Assembly (NCBI RefSeq): GCF_046119375.1
Contig: NW_027362763.1
Span: forward strand, 621,922,001 to 621,986,000
Length of the DNA: 64,000 nucleotides
From: Phyllobates terribilis
Taxonomy: Eukaryota
Direction of reading: 5' to 3'
Part shown: positions 25,371 through 36,619 of the stretch, one piece after another
Layout: each line of letters opens with the position of its first letter
Numbering within the stretch: position 1 is the first letter of the stretch
Position numbers and translations under genes: made by a program
The notes under the pieces: model-generated
Databases searched by the model: none
The model's input: only the letters and a program-made list of their open reading frames with translations
What the model was told of the DNA's origin: nothing

Positions 25371-27663
25371 ATATATGTTGTGCATCATCACAACACTACA
25401 AGTTGAGCGTCCTTCCATTATTTAGCTATTGTTTACTGGGTAACGGCACCATTTGCGCCCGTATCCTATTTTATTTTATAGTACAGGAGGAAGGGGAGAC
25501 AGATCAAACAGAGCGACCGTCATTATTCTGGAGGGCTCAATGATGTGTTGAGGTTCCTCCTCTTGATCAGTAGACAGGAATGATCGGGAGAGCGCATCTG
25601 CCTTGATATTCTTGTCAGCCGGACGGAAGTGAAGAGAGAAGTTGAAGCGAGCGAAGAACAACGGTCATCTGGCCTGATGAGGATTAAGTCGTTGAGCAGA
25701 CGGTAAGTAGGTGAGAATTTTGTGGTCCGTGTAGACAAACACCGGATGTAAGGCCCCCTCCAGTAAAAACCACCAATCCTCCAGCGCCAATTTGATGGCA
25801 AGCAGTTCCCGATCTCCGATGGAACAATTGTGCTCCGAAGGAGAAAAGAGTTAGAGAAGAAGCCGCAGGTCACCATTCGACCAGACAAAGATTTCTGAGT
25901 GAGAACTATTCTGGCCCCAGTGGACGAGGTGTCAACCTCCAGGAAGAACTGCTTGTTACAGTCAGGACGATGAAGTACAGGAGCCGAAGTGAAAGCTTGC
26001 TTCAAAGACTCGAATGCACTTTCCGCTTCGAGAGTCCATACCTTGGGATTAACCCTTTTGTGGGTCAAGGCAGAGATGGGAGCAGTCCGGGAGGAAAAGT
26101 GAGGGATGAACAGGCGGTAATAATTAGCAAATCCCAGAAACCGCTGAATAGTCTTCAACCCCTCAGATCGGGGCCAGTTTAGAATGACAGACACTTTTTC
26201 GGGGTCCATCTTAAGCCCGGTCTCAGAGATTATGTATCCCAGGAAGGGGAGTGAAGTCTGTTCAAAAACGCATTTCTCGAATTTGGCATACAGACGATTC
26301 TTCCTGAGCCTCTGCAATATCTGTTGAACGTCTCTTTGATGTGAAGGCAGATCAGAAGAGAATACCAAGATATCGTCCAGGTACACTACCACACAGGAAT
26401 ATAGAAGATCTCGGAAGATGTCATTTACCAGTTCTTGGAAGACTGCTGGAGCATTGCAGAGTCTGAAGGGCATGATGCGGTACTTGTAGTGGCCATCCCG
26501 AGTGTTAAATGCAGTCTTCCACTTGTCACCCTGGTAAATCCGGATGAGATTCTATGCGCCACGGAGATCGAGCTTGGTGAAGATCTTTGCGCCTTTGAGG
26601 CGATCAAACAACTCGGAGATGAGAGGCAGATGATACTTGTTCTTGATGGTGATTAGATTTAGACCCCTATAGTAGATACAAGGGCGAAGAGAGCTGTCCT
26701 TTTTCTTGATGAAGAAGAATCCTGCACATGCATGAGGTGGATTTCTGGATAAAATCCCTCGCCAGATTACCTTCTATGTATTCCAAGATGGCACGGGTCT
26801 CGGCCAACGACAGGGGGTAGATTCAACCTCGGGGTGGAGAGTCACCAGGAACGAGATCGATAGACAGTCATATGGCCTATGAGGAGGTAGAGTCTCAGCC
26901 TCCTTTTTGTCGAAGACGCCCGCGTATGACCAATAAGGTGCCGGCAAGCTGGTGAGATTAGCAGGAGTGGATGGAGGTCGAGTAGCACGGACGGGAACCA
27001 AGCAAGTTTTGTGACATTCCTGGCCCCAGCGGAGCACCTCTCCCGTACTCCAGTTCAAGACCGGCTAATGTGTCCGTAGCCAAGGTAGTCTAAGCAGTAA
27101 AGAGTGAGAGAGGCCGGACAGCACATAGAAGGAGATTTTCTCCGAATGTAGCATTCCTATCTGGAGAACTACGGGCTCGGTGACTAATAATATGGACTCT
27201 GAAAAAAAGCCTCCCATCCACCGAGGAAACTGCTAATGGATCCGGAAGACGTCGAATAGGGATCTGATATTGCTCCACAATGACCTGTTGGATAAGATTC
27301 CCAGCGGTACCGCAATCCAGATAGGCAGTCTCGAAAAAACGTGTCTTACCACAGGTTACCGAAGCAGACAGAGTCAGGGGTGGAGAGGAAGAATTTTTAT
27401 CTAGAACGACCTCTCCAAGCGATCCTAGGCACTGGAGTTCCCGGTCTCACTGGCCAAGAACGGATTAGATGCTCAGTACTGCCACAGTAAAAGCAACTTC
27501 CCTTGGCGTGGCGGACCTCCTGGCGAGACTTGACCATCTTTACTTGGTCTATCTGCATAGACTCTGGGGAGGAGGCTGAGGCAGATGCTGCTTGAGAGAC
27601 TGGTCTTTGGAGATACATACATATCTCATCCCAAACATATAAATCAATAAATATATATATATA

Positions 27664-28227
27664 CAGTACAGACCAAAAGTTTGGACACACCTTCTCATTT
27701 AAAGATTTTTCTATATTTTCATGACTATGAAAATTGTACATTCACACTGAAGGCATCAAAACTGAATTAACACATGTGGAATTATATACTTAACAAAAAA
27801 GTGTGAAACAACTGAAAATATGTCTGAAATTCTATGTTCTTCAAAGTAGCCACCTTTTGCTTTGATGACTGCTTTGCACACTCTTGGCATTCTCTTGATG
27901 AGCTTCAAGAGGTAGTCACCGGAAATTGTCTTCCAACAATCTTGAAGGAGTTCCCAGAGATGCTTAGCACTTGTTGGCCCTTTTGCCTTCACTCTGCGGT
28001 CCAGCTCACCCCAAAGCATCTCGATTGGGTTCAGGTCTGGTGACTGTGGAGGCCAGGTCAACTGGCGTAGCACCCCATCACTCTCCTTCTTGGTCAAATA
28101 GCCCTTACACAGCCTGGAGGTGTGTTTGGGGTCATTGTCCTGTTGAAATATAAATGATGGTCCAACTAAACGCAAACCGGATGGAATAGCATGCCGCTGC
28201 AAGATGCTGTGGTAGCCATGCTGGTTA
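27664..28227 (-). mobile_element. Tc1 3' fragment, same family as 15436-16943
   Basis: (TA)n|CAGTACAGACCAAAAGTTTGGACAC and the DDE half FQQDNDPKH...WPPQSPDLNPIE. Fused to PLE sequence at ~28228. Confidence 0.92.
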
Positions 28228-29500
28228 GTATTCAATCGGCCATCTCTCAAAGTCAGTTCCAAGTCGAGGAAACTGATAGAGGTGGACGAGATACATGATG
28301 TGAGATGAATATTAAGCGTGTTGGAGTTTAATAGAGAAATAAACTCCAAACACTGCTCATGTGTACCTGTCCAGAGAATAAGCACATCATCGATGTATCT
28401 TTACCATCTAAATACATATCTGTGAAACAGGTCCTGTGGGAACACGTGCGCCCCCTCCCACCAACCCAAAAAAAGGTTGGCGTAGGAGGGGGTGCATCCA
28501 TTGCTGTACTGGAGACCTGCTTGTAATATCTGCGATCAAACGTGAAGTACAGTAGTTACTTCTGAGGACAAAGGAAAAAAGTTCCAAGATGAAGGAAGAG
28601 TGCACAGGATCAAATGTCTCCGAAGAGCTAAGAAAGGACGTGACCGCGACAATCCTAAATCATGAGAGATACTGGTATTCAGGGACTCCACATCCAGGGA
28701 AACCAATAAGGCATTCCTCGGAATGTTGAGTCCCTCCAGATTATTCAAAATATGCATGGTGTCTCTAACATAGGACTCCAAATTATTCACAAAAGGTTGC
28801 AAATGAAAATCAAGGTATTCACATGGTTTTTCAAACAAACCACCGATACCCGCCACAATTGGTCTGCCTGGTGGTGTAGACCTATTCTTGTGAACTTTGG
28901 GGAGTAAATATAACGTTGGTATCACTGGCTTGCTGGTAGTCATAAAGTCCCTCTCTCCCTTATCAATAATGCCCTGTTCATATGCATTCTGCAGAAGCGA
29001 ATCAAGTTTTTTCTTTAAGATTGTGGTGGGTAAGAGTACATATACAAAGGAGTCACTCAATTGTCTCCTTGCCTCGGATAGATACAAATCCGTAGACCAT
29101 AAAACGTTGCCCCCCTTATCCGCCTCTTTGATAATAAAGGCGTCATTGTTTTTAAGGGAGGCGATCTCTTGTTTTTGTGAAATAGATTTTGAAATTTGTT
29201 TTTGTCCAATTGTAGAGCCCCTATGTCATGCTCCATTACTTTGAAGAAAGTTGGAATGACTGTTGATAGGCCTAAAGAAGGTGTAGTCTGAGATGGAATG
29301 CGTGAATTAAAGAGTCGCCTACCTTCAGATGTTTCTTTCTCAATAGTTCTAATAGATCACGGTAGGGCTGACATTCATTGGATGGCAGATCATCAACCAT
29401 TGATGGTTGAAAATACAGGAATTTAAACGTCAAATTTCTGCAAAAAAGATAGATATTCTTTATAAGTGTAAATTTATCTAAGCAACATGATCACTGCAAG
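28228..29500 (-). mobile_element. Penelope-like element (N-terminal domain and RT), decayed
   Basis: ORF 28536-29087 has LYLLPKVHKNRSTPPGRPIVAG and LVSLDVESL. IDDVLILW near 28390. Confidence 0.88.
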
Positions 29501-30003
29501 TCAGTGGGCCCGACTGTGGTGGGCTTGGAGCTCATTTCAAGTAATATGCGTGGTGGGGATATTGCCCCGGCCTTACTCAGATCCGAATATTGCTGGATAT
29601 TGAATCTAAACTGTGTATCACCATTTTGCATTAACGGAAATCTTTTGTTCACAGGATTTTATAAAAAATAAAACACAATGTGAAAATATATAGATTTTTT
29701 TGTATGTGGAATCAGTACTGATTGCCATTGGTGAGGGTGTCTTTTGACACTTTATCCAATTATCATCAATGATTATTTTAACATTTGTTACAGTTTAATA
29801 TGATTAACTTTCTCTCATGATATATTACAATCTGTAATATCGTTTATTTCAAAAAGACTACACCCCACCCCATACTTCTTGTGGGGTGCAGTCTGCCTTG
29901 GCATATATAGGAGACCAGGGTATGCGTTTTCTTCGGCTACAGATTCAAACAAACCGCACCTGGGCTATGGCATTCTACTGCCAGTTGTCGCCGGTTGTGC
30001 ACG

Positions 30004-30203
30004 CCACTGTGGAACGCATGCTGACTCCGCCCATATTTTGCACGTCACTTCCGGTTGCGCTTCACCTTTGGTGGACACTGGTGGGGATCTTGCGCCCCAG
30101 GCTCCACTGTGGAACGCATGCTGACTCCGCCTATATTTTGTGCATCACTTCTGACTGCGCGTCACCCCTGGCGGACACTGGTGGGGATATTGCGTTCCAG
30201 GCT
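30004..30203. repeat. Two tandem copies of a 100-bp unit
   Basis: CCACTGTGGAACGCATGCTGACTCCGCC starts at 30004 and at 30104. Confidence 0.9.
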
Positions 30204-30413
30204 GAACCGCACTCAGGTGTGCGTCCTTGCTTTCTACATCCCTCTACAGCGGAGCTATCACAGACTTCATTAAGGTTATATTGGACTTACCTATTGTCTT
30301 TTGTATGGTAGGTAGGAGTATTGTGGGCTCTATGGAATTAACCTATTATGGCTCCATTTAACACACCTGTCCCATACACATTTATAAGGATCCTTGCATG
30401 TTTTTAGCACACT

Positions 30414-30453
30414 ACCCCTGAAGAAGTCACAATGGTGGCATAACGCGTAGGGT
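30414..30453 (+). ncRNA. Minimal type-I hammerhead ribozyme motif (HHR3), GAAA mutated to ATAA
   Basis: ACCC-CTGAAGA-A-GTCAC aatg GTGGC-ATAA-CGCG-TA-GGGT. 4-bp helix I, 5-bp helix II, GUA triplet. Confidence 0.7.
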
Positions 30454-31044
30454 TTGGTATCCCTGACCTCTGAGTCCATTGGTGTCGCATACGTAAGGTG
30501 TGTATTCTATAGTGAATTTGATATGTACCATTCTTTGGGCAATATTGCCTTGATTAGTTTTTCAGCGCTTAATATTTCATCTCTTAATCAATGTATACCT
30601 CTTATTTGAGTGTGTTGTCTGTGGCACTTTATAAACTTGTTTTAGTGAAGGTTTTGATTTATATGAATTAACTACAGTCTGTGGGATACCTTTCTAATAA
30701 TATAAATATATAATATAAAAATATTATTGCAAAAATGTATAATCCATGCATATCAATCTTCATAAGGTGGCATTTTTTTCTTTGTTTTTAATAGCTTTTT
30801 AATTGTATGTCTATGGGTTTTTTGAATAAAGACTTTTTTGTACTATACTTATATACATCGAATTTGTTATTTATTTATTTGTAGCATTACTGGTGCTAGA
30901 CCACCATATGTTCTCTTTCTGCAAGACTCACATATTGTAATCTATGGGTGCAATAAGAAATCTGATCCCAGACGGAATATCGAAGTGGCATCCAATTTTT
31001 CCGGATAGATTTTTATTATAAACCTAGGAAACTGTATATGATCA

Positions 31045-31900
31045 TTGTGAAGAACTACACCTTACAACCCCGCCTGATTTCACTATTACGTCAGAGGGAT
31101 CACGCGGTGATGTCTCCCCACTTTCACCAACATGATGTTCCAGTTTTACAGGGGCATAGGGAAACACGAAAAGTGAGAGAGGGCGGTCCACGCAGCCGCT
31201 GGCGTGGCACAACACTTGCTCTAAACCCTGACAGGCTGAGAGGCCCCTTTCACTAGCACCAGTGAAACAGAGCCTTTCAAGCACGGTAGGACTGCCACCA
31301 ATTCCTCGTTAGATATAAGCCCGGTCAGTTAACGGGATTATATTGGGCCAGAAACCAGCCCTTGGTAGCGAGTGACGTTAAACTGAGAACATGGATGTGT
31401 GGATTCGTGGATCAAGATGAAAGAGCAGCCCAAGGTTAAATTAGATATCTAATCGCCTTAAGGGCACACTAGACAAAATAATGTATACACACTGGTTATA
31501 CATATACGATGGTCAGATATGCATAAGGTATAAGCAAATGAAACATGTCAGTTACCGGCTTGATGTTTGACCTTGGAGTTGGACCACATGGGGGGTGTTT
31601 GGTGGAAGCTGATTCCGGTTCTAACATGATGCACATTGTGAACCCCTCAGAAGTGAATAGCAAGAAAGAAAGGAAAACCCCACGGCCTCACACGAACATT
31701 TAACCCCTTGGTCGACCACTCCCTTTTTCTGCCTCCGAGATGGCTCTAGTCCCCCCTCTCATTGGGCTCTGATAACCTATGATGGATCATAACTTCTCCA
31801 TGGAAGGTCATAGGCTGGCGGTTTTGGCACCATCGAATCAGGCTGTTATGCTTGGAGACCAAACACAGCTTCGCTACCTGGTGTCTGCTAACTTTTCTAC
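31045..31900. mobile_element. Possible solo LTR relic, unclassified
   Basis: Starts TGTGAAG; mixed-composition non-coding DNA with no homology elsewhere in the window. No TSD or PBS found. Confidence 0.3.
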
Positions 31901-31904
31901 CTAA

Positions 31905-32402
31905 AGTAGTGTTCAAAATAATAGCAGTCCAATATGACTAACCAGATTAATCACGGTTTTTGGTATAAATTATATTACCACATCAAACAATTTACCAGTT
32001 GGTGCAGTAGATTCTAAGAAAACCAATAGACTCAGCATTCATGATCTGCATGTTTTTGAGTCTGTATATTTGAATAATTAATTGAAAGGGGGTGTGTTCA
32101 AAATAATAGTGTGGAGTTCAATTAGTGAGGTCAATCATTGTGTGAAGAAACAGGTGTGAATCAGGTGGCTTTTATGTAATGGTGAAGCCAGCACATGTTG
32201 TGCATGCATTTCTCCTTGAAAGCCTGAGAAATATGGGTCATTCAAGACATTGTTCAGAAGAACAGCGTACTTTGATTAAAAAGTTGATTAAACAGTTTAA
32301 AACGTATAAATAAGTGCAGACCATGATAGGCTGTTCAGCTAAAATGATCTTCAATGCTTTAAAATGGAAAGCAAAACCAGACAGACTTGGAAGAAAGCGG
32401 AA
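31905..32402 (+). mobile_element. Tc1 5' fragment
   Basis: GTGTTCAAAATAATAG terminal motif occurs twice. MGHSRHCSEEQRTLIKKLI HTH start, related to ORF 50380-50571. Confidence 0.8.
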
Positions 32403-32687
32403 GAGTCTCCTCTTCTCCAGACCCGGGTACCATCCGCGCATTGAATCGCATAATATCCGGATGTGTAGTCATGCGGATATTATGCGGTCCAATGCAAGTC
32501 AATGGTGGCGATTTTTCCGCGATTCAACATAATTAATGGTTGTGCTGCGGATTTTTCCGCAATGATAATCTGCAGCGGAAATTCCCGCAGCATGTGCACA
32601 GCACATGCAGATTATCATTGGGAAACATGGGAGACCTATTAACAAGTGATTTTAATGCATTTAAATAAACATTGTGGGCACACAGCC
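32403..32687. mobile_element. Harbinger-type MITE right arm
   Basis: Ends ATTGTGGGCACACAGCC|TAA. Homologous to the arms of 45916-46749 and 56508-57467. Confidence 0.75.
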
Positions 32688-32690
32688 TAA

Positions 32691-34913
32691 AGATACCTTA
32701 TCAATTTTACCACACGCGGAACGGCATAAAAAAACCAAACAAACAAAAAAACAATTCCTGAATTGTTAGTTTTTGTTTATTCTCCCTCCCAAAAATCGGA
32801 ATAGAAAGCGATCAAAAAATATCACATGCCCGAAAATGGTACCAATAAAAACTTGTCCCACAAAAAACAAGCCCTTACATGACTGTTGGCCGAAATATGG
32901 AAATATTATAGCTCTCAAAATATAGGGATGCAAAAACTAGTCTTTGCAAAAAAAGTTTTTTTTAGTGTGTGACAGCTGTCAATCATAAAAACCTGATATG
33001 AATCTGGTATCACTGTAACTGCACCGACCCGAGGAATAAAGTAGTCTAATCGCTTATACCGCAAGAGGAGTGGCGTAAAAAATAAACTCTAGAGTTAGTG
33101 TTGTGTTAGGGTTGTGCTAGGATTAGGGTTGTGCTAGGGTTAGGGTTGTGGTAAGATTAAGGTTTTGGTAGGGTTGTGTTAGGTTTTTTTTTTAAAAGTA
33201 AAGAAAAAAAATGATGACGATATGGCGACTAGTGTTGAGCACAAGTGCTTGCTACTTGAGTTTACATCAGGTGCTCGGGTATGCACTGAGTATCACAGGT
33301 GCTCGAGTGGCATGCTCAAGTCTCCGCCCCATATGTTTTGTGGCTGTTATACAGCCAAAAAAAACTCACGGGGATTGCCTGCCATGCACGAGCGATCCCC
33401 AAATGTTTTTTTTGGGGTGTCTAATAACCGTGAAACATGCGGGGCGGGAACTCGAGCATCTGCGATACATGGTGCATACCCGAGTACCCGATGCAAACTC
33501 AAGTAGCGAGCACTTGCGCTCAATTCTAATGACAACTTATTCAACATGAAGACCTAATGTTATCAAATTCTGTCGTACCTCTGGGTTCAAAATGTTCACT
33601 ATACTCCTTGATAAAATCCTTGAGGGGTGTAGTTTCCAAAATGGGGTAACTTGTGGGGGTTTTCCACTGTGTGGGCGCATCAGGGGCTCTCCAAATGCAA
33701 CCTGGCGTCCGCTCTCGATTCCAGCCATTTTTGCATTCAAAAAGTCACACCGTTCTCCTTCCCTTCTGAACCCTGCCGAGTGCCTAAACAGTGCATTTTC
33801 CCCACATATGGGGTATCGGCATACTCAGGAGAAATTGCACAACAGTTTTTGGGGTCCATTTTCTCCACTTATCCTTGTGAAAATAAAAAAATTCGGGCTA
33901 AAAGATAATTTTTATGGAAAAAGTTTGATTTTTTTATTTTCACGGTTCTATGTTATAAACTTCTGTGAAGCACCTGGGGGTTCAAGGTGCTCACCACACA
34001 TCTAGATAAGTTCCCTGAGGGGTCTAGTTTCCAAAATGGTATCACTTGTGGGGGGTTTCCACTGTTTAGGCACATCAGGGGCTCACCAAACGCAACATGA
34101 TGTCCGCTAATTATTCAAGCAAATTTTACATTCAATAAGTCAAATAGTGCTCCTTCCCTTCCGAACCCTGTCGTGTGCCCAAACAGTGGTTTTCCCCCCA
34201 CATATGGTGAATTGGCATGCTTAGGAGAAATTGCACAACAAATTTTGGGGTTAATTTTTTCATGTTACCCTTGTGAAAATCATAAAATTTGGGTCTAAAG
34301 TAACATTTTTGTGAAAAAAGTTAGATGTTAATTGTTTTCTTCCACATTCCAAAAATTCCAAAGCACCTCAAGGGTTAATAAACTTCTTGAATGTGGTGTT
34401 AAGCATCTTGAGGGGTGCAGTTTTTAGAATGGTGTCACTTTTGGGTATTTTCTGTCATAAAGGCCCCTCAAAGTCTCTTCAAATGTGATGTGGTCCCTAA
34501 AAAATGGTTTTGTAAATTTTGTTGGAAAAATTAGAAATTGCTGGTCAACTTTTAACCCTTATAACTTGCTACCCCCCAAAAAATTGGTTAAAAAATTGTG
34601 CTGATGGGAAATGTTATTTATTAACTATTTTGTGTAACAAATCTCTCTGATTTAAGGGCATGAAAATTTAAAGTTTGAAAATTGCGAAATTTCCAAAATT
34701 TTCACCAAATTTCTGATTTTTTTCACAAATAAACGCAAGTGATATCGAAGAAATTTTACCACTATCATGATGTACAATATGTCACAAAAAACATTCTCAG
34801 AATCAGGGGGATCCGTTGAAGCGTTCCAGTGTTATCACCTCAAGTGACAGTGGTCAGAATTGTAAAAATTGGCCTGGTCATTAACGTGCAAACAGCCTTC
34901 GGGGGTAAAGAGG
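32691..34913 (+). mobile_element. piggyBac-derived non-autonomous element, left end missing, with ~395-bp tandem subterminal modules
   Basis: Ends GGGGTAAAGAGG|TTAA. The right part is closely similar to 12420-13231. Modules start at ~33620, 34015 and 34408. Confidence 0.85.
33230..33528. mobile_element. Palindromic hAT-type MITE
   Basis: TAGTGTTGAGC ... GCTCAATTCTA. The 8-bp flanks ATGGCGAC and ATGACAAC match at 6 of 8. Confidence 0.7.
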
Positions 34914-34963
34914 TTAAGAAACATCTGGAGGGAAAGAGGCAAGAAGAAAAGAGACCATTAACT

Positions 34964-35345
34964 AGGGAATCTGTCACCAGGTTTTTGCCACCTATTTTGA
35001 GAGCAGCATAATATAGAGCCAGAGACCATGATTCCAGCCATGTGTCACTTACTGAGCTGCTTGCTGTAGCTTTGATAAAATCACTGTTTTATCAGCAGGA
35101 GATTATCACTAGGGGACTAGTAAACTTGCTGCTAGGTAGTCCTCCATATTCATGATCTCAATATAACCCCTCCCCCACCACTGACTGGCAGCTTTCTGTG
35201 TACACTGTACAGGAGCAGAAAGCTGCTAACCATTGGTGGGGGCAGTGTTATACAGAGTTCAGCATTCAGAGAACTGCTAAATCTGCAGAAGAGAAAACGA
35301 TGATTTTAATAAAAATGACATCAAGCAGCACAGTAAGTGGCACAA
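34964..35345. mobile_element. Kolobok/T2-type MITE fragment
   Basis: AGGGAATCTGTCACC just after TTAA. Internal part homologous to 63690-64000. Confidence 0.55.
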
Positions 35346-35535
35346 AAATTATCAACTAAATACCGTTTTTTTACGTGTTACTATTTATTTATTTACTGCA
35401 GTCTTTCAACGCTTTGTTTTTATTCTAATTTATTTACATCGGTCATTTAGGTTTACAATTTTAAATAGCTAGCATGTTATAGAGAGGTACCCATTTTTAA
35501 GAATATGGTAGCTCAAAAAACTTTAACACACTTAA

Positions 35536-36619
35536 GGCTATGTGCACACGATGCGGTTTTAATGCGTTTCCGTGGCTGTTTTTCCGCAGCTGAAATGCAT
35601 TAAAACCGCTTGTTAATAGGTCTGCCATGTATAGCAATGGTAATCCGGATGTGCTGTGCACATGATGTGTAAATTTCCGCTCCGGATTACTATTGCGGCA
35701 AAAACTGCAGCATTACCATTGTTTGGGCGTTTCCAACACAAATTCGCGCCCATTGACTTGCATTGAATTGCAGCAAACCCGCAGGTATAATAACATACAA
35801 AAAAAAAAAAAAAAAAAGATATCTACGTCTTTTTCAGTCTAGTATCTACAGTTTTTTCAGGAGATCGAGGGCTTCGCGGAGGCGTACAATAAAAAAATAA
35901 ATAACGTGTTTTTTATTTCATTAAAATTTATTCTGGCCGTGTTTTTATTGAAAAGGCGGTGACTATTTTAAGACACCCTACATTACTAACCTGGGCTTCA
36001 CGTCAGCCGCCAATACAAGGTTGATATGAATCCCCAACCCCATTACCCCACTCGCCACCGCTACAGGGCAGTGGGAAGAGCGAGGCTAAGTGCCAGATTT
36101 GGCCCATCTTACGGATGCGCCATTTCTGGGACTGCTGAGGGGTGATATTAATAGCCGTGGAGGGGGCTAGTATCCATGGCCCCTTCCATGGCTATTAATA
36201 TCAGCCCACAGCTGTCTAGTTTAGCCTTTGCTGGTTAGATTTTATAGGGGGACCCCACGTCAATTTTTTTCGGGGTCCCCTGTAATCTAGCCAGTAAAGG
36301 CTAAACAAACAGCTGTGGGCTGATATTAATAGCCAGGGAACATTGTTGGCTAATGGCCCCTTCCCAGGCTACTAATATCAGCCCCCAGCGGTCGGCTTTC
36401 TCTCTGCTGGTTATAAAAATGATGTGGGAGCCCACGCCATTTTTTTTTTACATTTTAGGCTCTGTGCCCAGAATTCAGATGTAGCAGCGCTTTGGACGCA
36501 AATCTTTTCTTCATCCGAAACATTGCATTCTATTGAACGCAGGTAAATCCACATGTGTTCACTGAACCATGCGGATTTACCGCATTCAATACTTTCTAGT
36601 GGTCAAATTTCTGCTGCGG
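35536..36619 (+). mobile_element. Composite Harbinger-type element, truncated by a PLE insertion
   Basis: TAA|GGCTATGTGCACACGATGCGG. A second nested TIR TTAGGCTCTGTGCCCAG at ~36455. Homologous in reverse to 21250-22050. Confidence 0.7.

Larger units (their letters stand above)
23110..27620 (-). mobile_element. Chromovirus-type Gypsy internal region (gag zinc knuckle, PR, RT, RNase H, chromodomain); integrase mostly deleted; interrupted by a PLE
   Basis: CFYCGSTEH knuckle, YLDCGTAGN protease, ORF 25523-26473 with VVVYLDDILVFS, and chromodomain FEVENILATKRVRGKTLFLVDWRGFGPEERSWEP (~23145-23300). Confidence 0.9.
29500..30900 (+). mobile_element. Penelope-type pseudo-LTR, opposite orientation to the adjacent PLE ORF
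   Basis: Non-coding. Contains a 100-bp tandem repeat with an ETS-CRE motif, a plus-strand hammerhead at 30414 and a downstream AATAAA (~30825). Confidence 0.6.

Noticed and set aside
29880-31900. DIRS or other tyrosine-recombinase element
   Set aside because: No YR or methyltransferase motifs and no split or inverted terminal repeats were found.
33095-33183. True interstitial telomere or fusion site
   Set aside because: Short, degenerate, single orientation and embedded in a transposon.
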